From contig OX597824.1 of assembly GCA_951406725.2 (NCBI GenBank), positions 74,710,001 to 74,774,000 of the forward strand: DNA of 64,000 nt, read 5' to 3'. This DNA comes from Octopus vulgaris. Lineage: Eukaryota. Made by a program: the position numbers and the translations under genes. Below, piece after piece: positions 40,110-53,309 of this stretch; within the stretch, counting starts at the first letter, position 1, and every line of letters begins with the position of its first letter. The notes under the pieces are model-generated. The model was given only the letters and a program-made list of their open reading frames with translations. It was not told the DNA's origin and made no database searches.

Positions 40110-40940
40110 GTTCTCTCATAACTTTCAGAAATGCTTTTTTTTAATTGAAATTTTCTACAGGCGCAGGAGTGGCTGTGTGGTAAGTAGCTTGCTAACCAAC
40201 CACATGGTTCCGGGTTCAGTCCCACTGCGTGGCATCTTGGGCAAGTGTCTTCTGCTATAGCCCCGGGCCGACCAATGCCTTGTGAGTGGATTTGGTAGAC
40301 GGAAACTGAAAGAAGCCTGTCGTATATATGTGTATATATATATATGTGTGTGTGGGGGGGGTTGTGTGTCTGTGTTTGTCCCCCTAGCATTGCTTGACAA
40401 CCGATGCTGGTGTGTTTACGTTCCCGTCACTTAGCGGTTCGGCAAAAGAGACCGATAGAATAAGTACTGTGCTTACAAAGAATAAGTCCCGGGGTTGATT
40501 TGATCGACTAAAGGCGGTGCTCCAGCATGGCCGCAGTCAAATGACTGAAACAAGTAAAAGAGTAAAGAGTAAAAGAGAGATACTTTTCAGATAGTGTGGA
40601 TTACACATTTAGCGGAATTCGTTGTGAAAAATATTTTTCAACGGTGGCGAGGAAGTAAGGGTGAGTAATTTCAGATAATTCGCACGCCTAGAATTTACTT
40701 CATAACTTTCAGAAAAACAGGAATTTTTTTTTTAGTGAAATTTTCTACAAATACCTTTCACACGAAGTAGTTTACATTTATATCGGAATTTGATGTGAAA
40801 AATATATTTCAGGGATAGCGGGGGAGAGATGAATTTCGAATAATTTACAGGCCACGAATTTACTTTTACATAACTTTCAGAAAAATTAGGATTTTTTAAA
40901 TGAAATTTGCTACAAATACTTTTTAGGTAGTATAAATAAC
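40110..40940. repeat. ~168-bp diverged tandem repeat (about 2.5 units) split by SINE B
   Basis: CATAACTTTCAGAAA at ~40117, 40701 and 40868. Confidence 0.7.
40159..40578 (+). mobile_element. SINE family B, full length
   Basis: Head AGGCGCAGGAGTGGCTGTGTGG to (GAGTAAAA)n tail; interrupts a ~168-bp tandem repeat. Confidence 0.9.
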
Positions 40941-41542
40941 GATTATATAAGAGTTGAGTTGGAAAGAATGGAGAAGGGGGATTTTTCACGCATCTCTGCT
41001 TTGTTTTTCTTTTACTTTTTACCGACTTAATTACAATTATGTTTAAAAAATCGTTTCTGAAGACCATTCCACCCTTCTTTGAAAATTCTTTGTATTAAAT
41101 CTTTGGAAAAAAGAGGAGTACAATATTAACACTTATCATTGAATACGTTTTTCATTCATTATTTTATCGCAATCTTAATCTCTCTCTTTCGAACAAATTG
41201 AAAGCTAGTCCGTCTCTACGTGGTCGTTTAATATGTTGGAAATAATAAGGATCACATGGGTCTCAAAAGTAATTCTTTTTCTATATAATTGTAATTAAAT
41301 CACCAAAACTAATCAGAAAAAGAGTCGAGATGCGTGAAATAATATCCGGCCTCTTTTTAACATCAAATTCCTTAAATAATAGAAATCCAAACCATCTGAT
41401 AGTTATTTGTAGAACTTTTCCTTAAAAAAATACCCATTTTTCTGAAAGGTGCGAGAAAACAAAAGCAAATTTCAACGTAACCGTAATCTACACCATCTAA
41501 ATCGTATTTGTCGAAATTTTCATCATCATCATCATCATAATG

Positions 41543-41636
<94 letters not shown>

Positions 41637-41651
41637 ATTGCTGTTATTGTT

Positions 41652-41975
41652 AAGGCGGCGAGCTGGCAGAATCGTTAGCACGCCGTGCGAAATGCTTAGC
41701 GGTATTTCGTCTGCCGCTACGTTCTGAGTCCAAATTCCGCCGAGGTCGACTTTGCCTTTCATCCTTTCGGGGTCGATTAAATGAATACCAGTTGCGCACT
41801 GGGGTCGATGTAATCGACTTAATCCGTTTGTCTGTCCTTGTTTGTTCTCTCTGTGTTTAGCCCCTTGTGGGAAGTAAAAAATAGGTATTTCGTCTGTCGT
41901 TACTTTCTGTGTTCAAATTCCGCCGAGGTCGATTTTACCTTTAATTCTTTCGGAGTCGATAAATTAAGTACCAGT
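41652..41975 (+). mobile_element. SINE family C, full copy plus headless second body
   Basis: Same consensus as other C copies. Confidence 0.9.
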
Positions 41976-42343
41976 GAAAAATTACTGGCACTGTGCTAAA
42001 ATGTGAAACCAACGTAACGCTTTGGTGAGATGGTTTCCCAACTCTTTAATTAATGACAGTCAGTTGAGGAATTGCAACACTTGTGACTATTTTCGGTGCC
42101 ACTGCGTTTGGTGTGTAGGAAAGAAGTAAGTTAACCTCAAACCAAGGACTTGATCCGAATACTTCCAGCAGAATTAAAACCGCCAAAGGTACCTAAGGTC
42201 CAGATGGTAGTGTTAAGCCTGGAAGTGTTTTACATTTACCACCCAAGATCCGGAAGTCATACAACCTTCTAATCAGTTCGTATTTTTGCCTTTGAATAAT
42301 TAAAAAAAATTAAGTTTGTACAAGGCTTCAAAAACTTTATCTC

Positions 42344-42674
42344 GGATCTTTACCTTTTGACCGACAGACTTAAAAAACAAAAATTTTTTGTAACTAAACA
42401 CTTTCAAACTTCGGACACTAGTAGAATGTGTCATATAAAATATCTTTTACTCTTAGCGTTTTTGAGAAAAGCTTATATTTAAGAAGTTATTTCACGTTAA
42501 AGTTCTCGTATTTCGGTTATTTCAACCAATCAATGACATGTATTCAGCTGAATAAAATTACTGCCGTTGTTTGTCAACAACGACTATCGGCACATTCTAC
42601 CAGTGTCCAAAGTTTGAAAGTGTTTAGTTACAAAAAATTATTTTTTAAATCTGTCGGTCAAAAGGTAAAGATCC
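42344..42674. mobile_element. MITE with ~87-bp terminal inverted repeats
   Basis: GGATCTTTACCTTTTGACCGACAGA... / ...TCTGTCGGTCAAAAGGTAAAGATCC; flanking TTTATCTC/TTTATCCC 8-bp TSD-like; superfamily uncertain (Merlin- or Mutator-like). Confidence 0.85.
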
Positions 42675-42748
42675 TTTATCCCTTTTAGTCTTTGAGTTGT
42701 GGTCATGCAGGAGCGCCGTCTTGAAAATATATATAAAAAAAAAACGTC

Positions 42749-42804
42749 CATGAGGATGAGGTTCGAGCTCACTCGGGGAGACACCAATGGATTAGCACTC
42801 CATT
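42749..42804 (-). pseudogene. 5'-truncated tRNA-Ser(GCT) pseudogene
   Basis: ATGGAgTGCTAATCCAT anticodon arm, long variable arm, degenerate T-arm, downstream oligo-T. Confidence 0.65.
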
Positions 42805-42929
42805 ACTTTTGATGCATACATATATCAAACATCCTCCCCTTAGAACAAGCACATTAGGTAATTTATTTCTTTATTTCCCACAGGAGGCTAAACACAGAGG
42901 GGAACAGCACATTATATAGTTGTGATTTA

Positions 42930-43162
42930 AAGGCGGCGAGCTGGCAGAAACGTTAGCACGCCGGGCGACCTGCGTAGCCGTATTTCGTCTGTCGTTACGT
43001 TCCGAGTTCAAATTCCGCCGAGGTCGACTTTGCCCTTTCATCCTTTCGGGGTCGATAAATTAAGTACCAGTTACGCACTGGGGTCGATGTAATCGACTTA
43101 ATCCCTTTGTCTGTCCTTGTTTGTCCCCTCTGTGTTTAGCCCCTTGTGGGTAGTAAAGAAAT
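42930..43162 (+). mobile_element. SINE family C with TSD TATAGTTGTGAT
   Basis: Full-length copy; direct repeat on both flanks. Confidence 0.9.
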
Positions 43163-43950
43163 ATATATAGTTGTGATCCTGGGTACTCTGTGCATGTGAA
43201 AATCACACACGCACACAAATATTTTCTTTCAGTTTCCTTCTACCAAATCTACTCATAAGGGTTTGGTTGACCCCGGGCTATAGTAGAAGATACTTGCCCA
43301 AGGTGCTTCGCAGTGGTTGGGAAGCAAACTTTTTACTTCACAGCCACGCCTGACGTTTCTACATTTACGTATTTATATATTCTTAGCTCATTCTGCCCTA
43401 TAACATTTTAAGGAATTATTTTCAAAAGATTCATTTTGAAAGAACTAGTTTTCCTTCAGATTGTACTTTTTACAACCTATTATGATACTTAAGGCAGATT
43501 ATGTTGCAATGGATTTCAATGTCTGCTGTAGTGTTTGTTCGAGAGTTATATGTACTGTATATTTATTTATATATCATGCTTTTCTCTAAATATCACAGAT
43601 AATCATAGAAGGATTATCAACGACATTTAGGTTATCTTATTTTATTCACTATGGAAAAGTGTCCATTCTGTGTTTTAATTTAGCTTTTTAGTCTTCTAGT
43701 CTACGTTGGTGACGCCTATCTTAACAAAGCGCTATTTATTTAACCTAGTATTTCAATTACTTCGAGAACCCAAACATAGAAGAAGGAATTCAACTAATTT
43801 ATATTAAGTGGAAATTGATATGTTGCCTTGTCAAATATCCTTCTATATATTGCTAAGGGCGTTTTCGTTTGGTAAGGAACGGGAAGTCATTTTTCTACGT
43901 AAAATGTAGCAAATGAAGAAAAGTGGTAGATAAATTGCGAGGTTACTTTC

Positions 43951-44448
43951 TGATTTTTTTTTTATTACCCACAAGGGGATATATACAGAATGGGACAATA
44001 CAAAACACTGGGGACACAAAACACCGAAAAAAAAAACCCACAAGCATATGATAAAAATGAAAGGGGTGAAATGAGTAATGAAAGGGATATTAACCGCCCC
44101 ATCGGTCAACGCTACTTACTTGCCCTCTTACCTAATCGAATCAAACTCTACACAGTCCTCTAATATTATGCCGTAACGTCTCTCAAGTTCCTTTTTCTTT
44201 TTCCTGTCTAATCTCCCATATATCAACACGTAAACGTTCTTAAGTACATCTTGAAGTTCATCCAGTTGGCATTTCGATAGTACCACCTCAATATCCTCAC
44301 CCCAGTTCTCTGGCAATTCAGCCTTTCCCCAGTCTTTTATTATTTTAAACAAATTTTCATCATTTACAATACCTACATAATGTTCTTCGGGACGGGAGTT
44401 TTCTGAGTTGTCTTGCGTGTTTGTCTTCTGTTTTCTTGTTGGTTTCCA
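43951..44448 (-). mobile_element. 5'-truncated poly(A) retrocopy with ~106-codon ORF remnant and 11-bp TSD
   Basis: TSD AGGTTACTTTC at 43940 and 44449; frame open from the insertion boundary to the stop at 44128; AATAAA/poly(A) end. Confidence 0.7.
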
Positions 44449-44577
44449 AGGTTACTTTCCTCTAAGACCAAGCCGTCCTTAGCTTTATATCTAAAAAGGA
44501 AATGAAGGTGGAGAGAGAAATACTGTTCAGCAGTAAATTTACTAATCGATGGGAGAGGTAGATGATCATCCTGGTGT

Positions 44578-45072
44578 CAAGGTGGCGAGCTGGCAGAAAC
44601 GTTAGCACGCCGGGCGAAATGCGTAGCCGTATTTCGTCTGCCGTTACGTTCTGAGTTGAAATTCCGCCGAGTTCGACTTTGCCTTTCATCCTTTCGGGGT
44701 AAATAAATAAAGTACCAGTTTCGCCCTGGGATCGATGTAATCGACTTAATCCCTTTGTCTGTCCTTGTTTGTCCCCTCTATGTTTAGCCCCTTGTGGGCA
44801 GTAAAGAAATATATTTAACATGTATCTCTTTGTTTATAAGGCGATGAGCTGGCAGAATAGTTAGCACACCGGGTGAAATGCTCAGCAGTATTTCTTCTGC
44901 CGTTACGTTCTGAGTTCAAATTCCGCCGAGGTCGACTTTGCCTTTCATCCTTTCGGGGTCGATAATTAAGTAGCAGTTATGCACTGGGGTCAATGTAATC
45001 GACTTAATACCCGTGCCTGTCCTTGTTTGTCCCCTCTATGTTTAGCCCCTTGTGGGTAGTAAAGAAATAGGT
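44578..45072 (+). mobile_element. Two tandem SINE family C copies
   Basis: Heads at ~44578 and ~44838. Confidence 0.9.
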
Positions 45073-45509
45073 AGATGATCCTGGTGTGGGCGGAAGGTTC
45101 CAATTTTAATTTCATAGCAAAGAGCCTAAAGTGTTTAGTGGGCTGTCCTATTTTTGTCCTAGGTGACAGCATATAATATAGATCTCTTTTTTAGTAGAAC
45201 AAATCATTGCTATTATGTTAAATTATCGTATGTCTAAATTTGGCCAAATGCATTTTGTTCAATATTTAATTTTTCTGGCAATAGCTGGTTCTTTTGGTTA
45301 AACTATCGCGTCTCTAGCTGCTTCAGATGAAAATTGTCAAAGTGTAGTACAACGGTTTAGTATTTTTCAAAAATGTAGTAAGCCCAACATACGACAGTTT
45401 TACAAAAAAAATATTTCTGACTGAAAATATCATTCATGCATGGAGTCACGATTTTATGCACTCAACAAAATATTATTGTTAAGCTGAAACTGTTGTTAAT
45501 GTAAAAAGG

Positions 45510-45770
45510 ACAGGGCTGCATGTTGTGTTCTTGAGCAAGACACTTTATTTCACGTTGCTCCAGTTCACTCAGATGTAGAAATGAGTTGCAATGTCACAGG
45601 TGCCAAGCTGTATCGGCACCTTGGATAACACTGGTGGCGTGGAGAGGGGAGGCCGGTAAGCATGGGCGACTGCTGGTCTTCCATAAACAACCTTGCCCGG
45701 ACTTGTGCCTGGGAGGGTAACTTTCTAGGTGCAATCCCATAGTCTGTGTCGTTACCGAAGGGGGTCTCAG
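45510..45770 (+). mobile_element. SINE family A, 5'-truncated
   Basis: Matches the 3' two-thirds of 37761-38098. Confidence 0.85.
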
Positions 45771-46339
45771 TTTATACTGTATTGCGATTACTCTACACAA
45801 TATATACGCAGCATCTAATAGTTCTATTTTTGCATATTTTGTCGGACATATTTATAAGTCCTTTTTTTCCCTTTCATTCCACACACTCTGGTTACATCCA
45901 TTTTAAGATGTATTATTTAGATAATTTCTCCACCTCTTTTAGAGACAGATGATCATCTAGCTGAGACTAACAATTTCGATTAGGAAGTTTCTCGTTTTCT
46001 GATAGTTTTTGACAACAATATCCGTGCGAATATTTTTGATCGCTTTTGTCTGTATGGATCGATATTTCTTACGGTCACATTGCTGTTCTCTGATATCTTT
46101 TTTGATACATATTTATATCACCATATTTCTACTGGAATTTCATAATTATTAGTGGGACATGATCATAAAGCCACGTAGTTGCAATATAAACTCCTTAACC
46201 ATAAATCCACTTGGAATTTTTTTTTTTAAATTGCAAATATTAGAATTCTGATGAAAATAAAAAAGACTGATTTGGCAAGAAAAAAACTTCAAAAACGATT
46301 GAAGCAGTTTCTCCAAATTCTTTTCTACTCTATGCACAA

Positions 46340-47110
46340 GGCCTGGAATTTTGGGGAAAGTGGTCAGTCGATCAGATCGACCCCAATACGAAACTAGTAT
46401 TTAATTTATCGACCCCGAAAGAATGAAAGGCAAACACGACCTAGGAGGAATTTGAACTGAGAACGTAAAGACAGACGAAATATATCTAAGCATTTTGCCT
46501 GGCGTGCTAACGTTTCTTATTTCTTTATTGCCCACAAGGGACTAAACATAGAGGGGACAAATAAGGACAGACAAATGGTTTAAGTCGATTACATCGACCC
46601 CAGTGCGTAACTGGTACTTATTTTATCGACCCCGAAAGGATGAAAAGCGAAGTCGATCTCGGCGTAAATTGAACTCAGAGACAGACGAAATACCTATTTC
46701 TTTACTACCCACAAGGGGTTACACACAGAGAGGACAAACAAGAACAAACAAACGGATTAAGTCGATTATATCGACCCCAGTGCGTAACTGGTACTTAATT
46801 TATCGACCCCGAAAGGATGAAAGGCTAAGTCGATCTCGGCGTAAATTGAACTCAGAACACAGCGGCAGACGAAATACCTATTTCTTTACTACCCACAAGG
46901 GGCTAAACACAGTGGGGACAAACAAGGACAAACAAACGGATTAAGTCGATTATATCGACCCCAGTGCGTAACTGGTACTTAATTTATCGACCCCGAAAGG
47001 ATGAAAGGCAAAGTCGACCTCGGTGGAATTTGAACTCAGAACATAACGGGAGACGAAATACCGGTAAGCATTTCGCCCGGCGTGCTAACGTTTCTGCCAG
47101 CTCGCCGCCT
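46340..47110 (-). mobile_element. Array of about 4 SINE family C bodies
   Basis: Repeated bodies joined tail-to-GTATTTCGTC. Confidence 0.9.
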
Positions 47111-47436
47111 TTATACGGGCAAAGGTTTCTCCACCACTTCTTGCTTACATTCGTTTCCTTACTTGGCTCGAAACGAAATAAATAGAATGTTTTTGAAAAA
47201 TGAAAAGGGAAATTTTTATTATGTCAGCAGCTGAACTGCGTTGTAGAACAACAACGAGAAGAATGAATTTACCAGATGTGAATAAAGCAAAACAATAGTG
47301 ATTAGTTATTTGAGAAACATTCAGCTGTTGAGGATTGAGTTTCACAATCAGCAAAAAGCGTTGTATTTATGTACTTAACAAGTATAACACACAGAGAACA
47401 TACAGACACAGAACACTGATGCATAGGGGTATAGGC

Positions 47437-47530
<94 letters not shown>

Positions 47531-47708
47531 TATACTATTCATATTATACTTGGGGATGGCCATATTTTGTCAATTAAACAGATGAACTAGTGCGTGTGTT
47601 TAATTGGTAAAGTATGAATATCCCAAGTATAAGAATATCTGTTTCAATACAAGATTTCATATCAAGGATCTTGCAAAGTAAATGCATAAACGTGTATACA
47701 TACATACA

Positions 47709-47784
<76 letters not shown>

Positions 47785-47789
47785 GCATG

Positions 47790-47835
<46 letters not shown>

Positions 47836-47905
47836 TATACATACATACATACATATATATACAGACATATGTGTGTGTATGAGTGTAATTACACACATAC
47901 ATGTT

Positions 47906-47961
<56 letters not shown>

Positions 47962-47967
47962 CATACA

Positions 47968-48361
47968 TGTAGCTTGCTTACCAACCACATGGTTCCATGT
48001 TCAGTCCACCTTGCGTAGCACCTTGGGCAAAGTCTCTTTTACACTATAGCCTCGGGCCGACCAAAGCCTTGTGAGTGGTTTTGGTAGACGCAAACTGAAA
48101 GAAGCCCGTCGTATATATATATATATGTATATATACATGTGTGTGTGTACGTGTGTGTCTGTGTTTATCTCCCTAACATCGCTTAACAACCGATGCTGAT
48201 GTGTTTACATCCTCGTAACTGGCGGTTTGACAAAAGAAACCGATAGAATAAGTACTAGGCTTACAAATAATAAGTCCTGGGTCGATTTGCTCGACTAAAA
48301 GGCGGTGCTCCAGCATGGCCACAGTCAAATGACTGAAACAAGTAAAAGAGTAAAAGAGTAA

Positions 48362-48362
<1 letters not shown>
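47968..48362 (+). mobile_element. SINE family B
   Basis: Colinear with 40159-40578. Confidence 0.85.
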
Positions 48363-48411
<49 letters not shown>

Positions 48412-50189
48412 CAAACACGTATGCACACACACACATATGCATGTGCATACATTTATACATAGATACAAATTTATACTTCTGTAAATTTATGCATATGTTT
48501 ATATTCAAATAAATGTGTGTGTGTGTGAGAGCTTGTGTGTGTATGTGTACGTATGAGTATGTAGTATTTTTCCTCAAAATTTTTGTCATGAGACTACATG
48601 TTGCAACCGATATTGTTACGTACTAAGAGAATCATTCTTCCTATGCAGACACACTCGCTTGTTGAAGTTTATTTTTAATTAATCAATTAATTACTTTTAT
48701 TTATTCATTTATAAAGTGAAGTCCTACCAGTGTGTTTGTATTAGCCAAATGACTCCTAAGATACGTGAGTGTGTTTGTGTGTGCGTATGTGTGTATAGTC
48801 CTACATAATACATACATATATACATACATACATACATACATACATACATACATACATACATACATACATGTATACTTACAAACATATCTTATATAATGTT
48901 TACTAGATTTTAATGACATAGAAGAATATCATGCGATACTAGAACAGAGTATCTATATAATGTGTCATATTTGTATGTATATCAGTATAATTACCCTTCC
49001 ATTACTGTTACAGTTTCACCATAATTTATTATTCAAAATGCACGTGTTAGCATATATCACCATCTTTGAACATGGCGTAATTTTGTGTTATGCACACAAA
49101 AATATACAGAGTAGGTAACTTCTGGATGTATTTAAGCTTTAGTTTCCTTCCTATATGAATATGTGTCTCGCGATTTCTGTTAAGTTTGTAATTACGGTTA
49201 ACTACGTATTTAGATGTTATCAGATTTATGAAGGATAAAAAGGTTAATGGGGTAGGTGTATAAGTTCAAAACCAAAGCACCTGGCGATATAGGTAGAAGA
49301 ATGAAACTATGTAAAGATGTAAAATTAAGAAATAATTCTTTCTGCTACAGGTCGGTTACATACACCCTGGTATTTGACTGCTACTTTATTTTATCGACCC
49401 CGAAAGGAAGAAAGACAGAGTCGAAATCGGCGGAAGTTAGACTCTGCAACGAATCGAAAGAAATGCCATTAAGCATTTTGTCCGGCGCTTTTATGAAGGA
49501 AATAATAAAAATAGATTATAGTAAAAAATATGTTGGGTTTGAATCTATTATTCGTTCAAGGCGTTGGATTGCGGCCATGCTGGGGCGCCGCCTGGAAGGG
49601 TTTAATCGAACAAATCGACTGGAGTGCTTACTTTATTTTTTAAAGTCTTGTACTTAGTCTATCGGCTTATTTTTTTTTCGGGGGGGGGGGTCGAACCGTT
49701 AATTTACAGGGAACGTGAACGAACCAAAATCGGTTGTCAAGCGGTGGGGGACAAATACAGACGCAAAGATACACACACAGATCATACGACAGACTTCTTT
49801 AGTTTCTGTCTACCAAATCCACTCACAAGGTTTCGAGTAATCCGGAGCTATAGTAGAAAACACTTCTCCAAAGTGCCGTACAGTGGGATTGAACCCAAGG
49901 CCATACGGTTGAAAAGAACGCTTCTTAATCATGCAGCCATGACTGAGGAAAGGAAACAGTTTAAAATGAACAATTTTAGTTGCTTTTGTTTATGGTCAAA
50001 CCCAGACTCCTCGGTAAGAGGGAAAACCAGATAGGACATTGCAGAGAATGGGTTTAAGTACCTGAGAAGAATAGAATAATAGAAACAGATAAGACGAAGG
50101 AGGCAGAAATAAAGGAACTGTTTGGGGAAAATTTCAGTGAGTATTAAAATTGGTTTTAAGGTCAACGTTAAGTAGAAGAGACGCACTAC

Positions 50190-50805
50190 TGGTATCAAGT
50201 TTTGGCCCAAGGCCAGCAAGTTCGGAGAAGGGGTAAATCGGTACACACTGATAACTGTGCTCAACTGGTATTTATCTTGTTGACCTTCGAAAGGATGAAA
50301 AGCGAAGTTGACCGCGGCGGAATTTGAACTCAGAACATAATGGCAGATGAAATACCTATTCCTTTACTGCCCACAAGGGGCTACACACAGAGGGGACAAA
50401 CAAGGACAGACAAACGGATTAAGTCGATTATATCGACCCCAGTGCGTAACTGATACTTATTTAATCGACCCCGAAATGATGAAAAGCAAAGTCGACCTCG
50501 GTGGAATTTGAACTCAGAACGTAACGGCAGACGAAATGCTGCTAAGAATTTTGCCCGGCGTGCTAACGATTCTGTCAGGTCGCCGCCTTGAAGAAGCATT
50601 ATATGGATTTCAAATTTTGATACAAGGCCAGCAATTTCGTGGGAGGGGAGTAAGTCAATTACATCGGCCCCAAGGTTCAACTAGTACTTATTTTCTTGAA
50701 CCCCGAAAGGATGAAAGACGAAGTCGACCTCGGTGGAATTCGAACTCAGATGGACGAAATGCCGCTGAGCATTTTACTCTCTGTGCTAACGATTGTCAGC
50801 TCGCT
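50190..50805 (-). mobile_element. Cluster of SINE family C copies (young and old)
   Basis: Three bodies. Confidence 0.85.
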
Positions 50806-51258
50806 GTACTGAAGAAACGTAATATTAAAAATAAACACGTGGATGAAATAGAGAGCTGCAAAACTAAAGCAGATCAACTAAATTTTCCAGAATATAAACA
50901 GGATGACAATACATTCCACATGAAATGAGGCATTGCTTAGTCAGGAATGTAGAAGAGATTGAATTAGTTGCGAGGAATGCAAACAATTTGAGATATGTGT
51001 GTGCGCGCGCGATAACGTGTGCTTACGTGTTCGTACGCCAGTTTAAAATGGTGCATCGATTCGCTCCAAAAAGCAACTGAACTTAACCATGCGAGACAAA
51101 TCGATGAAATAAGTACCAGAGGAAAAAGAGGTATTTGGATTGATATGCTCGACGGAAAAAAAACCGTGAATACAACACTTACCCACGGGCGATGTCCACT
51201 GACTAACTTCAGTGAAGGAATAAAGGAATCACTTTCTGTCTCTCTATCTGTCTGTAGG

Positions 51259-51678
51259 TAAGGCGGCGAGCTGGAAGAATCGTTAGCACGCCGGGCGAAA
51301 TGCTTAGCGGTATTTCGTCTGCCGTTACGTTCTGAGTTCAAATTCCGCTGAGGTCGACTTTGCCTTTCATCCTTTCGGGGTCGATAAATTAAGTACCAGT
51401 TACGCACTGTGTTCGATGTAATCGACTTAATACCTATGCCAGTCCTTGTTTGTCCCCTCTGTGTTTAGCCCCTTGTGGGTAATAAAGAAATATGTATTTC
51501 GTCTGCCGTTACGTTCTGAGTTCAAATTCCGCCGAGGTCGACTTTGCCTTTCATCCTTTCGGGGTCGATAAATTAAGTACAAGTTACACACTGGAGTCGA
51601 TATAATCGACTTAATCCGTGTGTCTATCCTTGTTTGTCCCCTCTGTGTTTAGCCCCTTGTGGGTAGTAAAGAAATAGG
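51259..51678 (+). mobile_element. SINE family C, full copy plus headless tandem copy
   Basis: Junction AAGAAATATGTATTTCGTCTGCC near 51490. Confidence 0.9.
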
Positions 51679-52615
51679 TATGTGTGAGCGTGTGTTTGCG
51701 CGCACGCATATAAACAACTTATACACGTACATATATACACACCTATGTATATGTACATACATATACTCATACGTACACATGCATTTATCTACATATATAC
51801 ACATAAAAATACATACCTATATTCACATAAACATATACATACATATATACGCGCATACAGACACACACACAACACACACAACACAACATGCACACACACA
51901 ACACAACATGCACACACACACACAAAGCCATGAACTAGTTAACGAAGATAAATAAGTACGTTACACATAGAACGACAACTCATTTCTATCAGGACAGAAT
52001 ACAAGGTTAAACGTATCACAGCTTTGTTTGTACGTTTTGTTATTAGAATTGTAGTTAAAACAGAACGAGAGCGATCAAGTCTAGGTATGAAACTCGCCTG
52101 CAAGATTAAGACGTGAATTCAAGCTTAATTTGTAAACGAATTTGGTTTTTCCCTGCTACATAGCCAGCTATTAAATACGGTCGCCATTTTGGTAGGCGTG
52201 GTTTGGCCGTTGTGATGTGGGCGTAACGTACTGTTTCGTTTTTATGTACACGCCTTAGCTGTTTACATCAATTCATAATGTATGTTTGCCGTATTTAGCA
52301 ACGTCTTCTAAAAGCATTGCGAAGCTAGCATGACTCATTTCCCTTTACACGTTCAGTAAACCGAAGCACGTTTTATCTCAAAAGATTATCAGCCAGCCTG
52401 CTTCTTGTGTGTGATTGTATTATGGAGAAGTAAAGAGCTAACTGAAGCTTTTAATGTATCGTGCTCACGACCTATTTTCGATTCTCCCTTATTGAAAATT
52501 CACATTCATTTTATTCATTTTTCTGCTTGCCTGGTTAGGTTGTCGTTGTTGTTTAACCGTGGGTCAGCCTTGACTGAGCAGACATACGATTACAAGCAAT
52601 CCACCTGTGACCATT

Positions 52616-53309
52616 AGTGGAGGCACATGGCCTAGTGGTTAGAGCAGCGGACTCGCGGTCGAGGGATCGCGGGTTCGAATCTCAGACCGGGCGATTTGTG
52701 TGTTTATAAGCGAAACACCTAATCTCCACGCGGCTCCGACAGAAGGTAATGGCGAACATCTGCTGACTCTTTCGCCACAACTTTCTCTTACTCGTTCCTC
52801 CTGCATCTTGCAGCTCGCCTGGCTGTGTGGTAAGTAGCTTGTTTACCAACCACATGGTTCCGGGTTCAGTCCCACTGCGTGGCACCTTGGGCAAGTGTCT
52901 TCTGCTATAGCCTCGGGCCGACCAATGCCTTGTGAGTGGATTTGGTAGACGGAAACTGAAAGAAGCCCGTCGTATATATGTATATATATATATATGCGTG
53001 TGTGGGTTTGTGTGTCTGTGATTGTCCCCCTAGCATTGCTTGACAACCGATGCTGGTGTGTTTATGTCCCCGTTTCTTAGCGGTTCGGCAAAAGAGACCG
53101 ATAGAATAAGTGCTGGGCTTACAAAAGAATAAGTCCTGGTGTCGAGTTGCTCGATTTAAGGCGGTGCTCTAGCATGGCCACAGTCAAATGACTGAAACAA
53201 GTAAAAGAGTAAGACCGGCGTCCCGTCGCAGGTAGGGAACCTATACGCCAAGGAAACCGGGAAACCGGCCCTTATGAGCCAGGCATAGCTCGAGAAGGAA
53301 CAAACAAAA
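52616..53309 (+). mobile_element. tRNA(Arg)-like SINE with nested SINE B (52821-53212)
   Basis: TSD CTGTGACCATT at 52605 and 53310; uninterrupted relative at 61350-61650. Confidence 0.9.
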
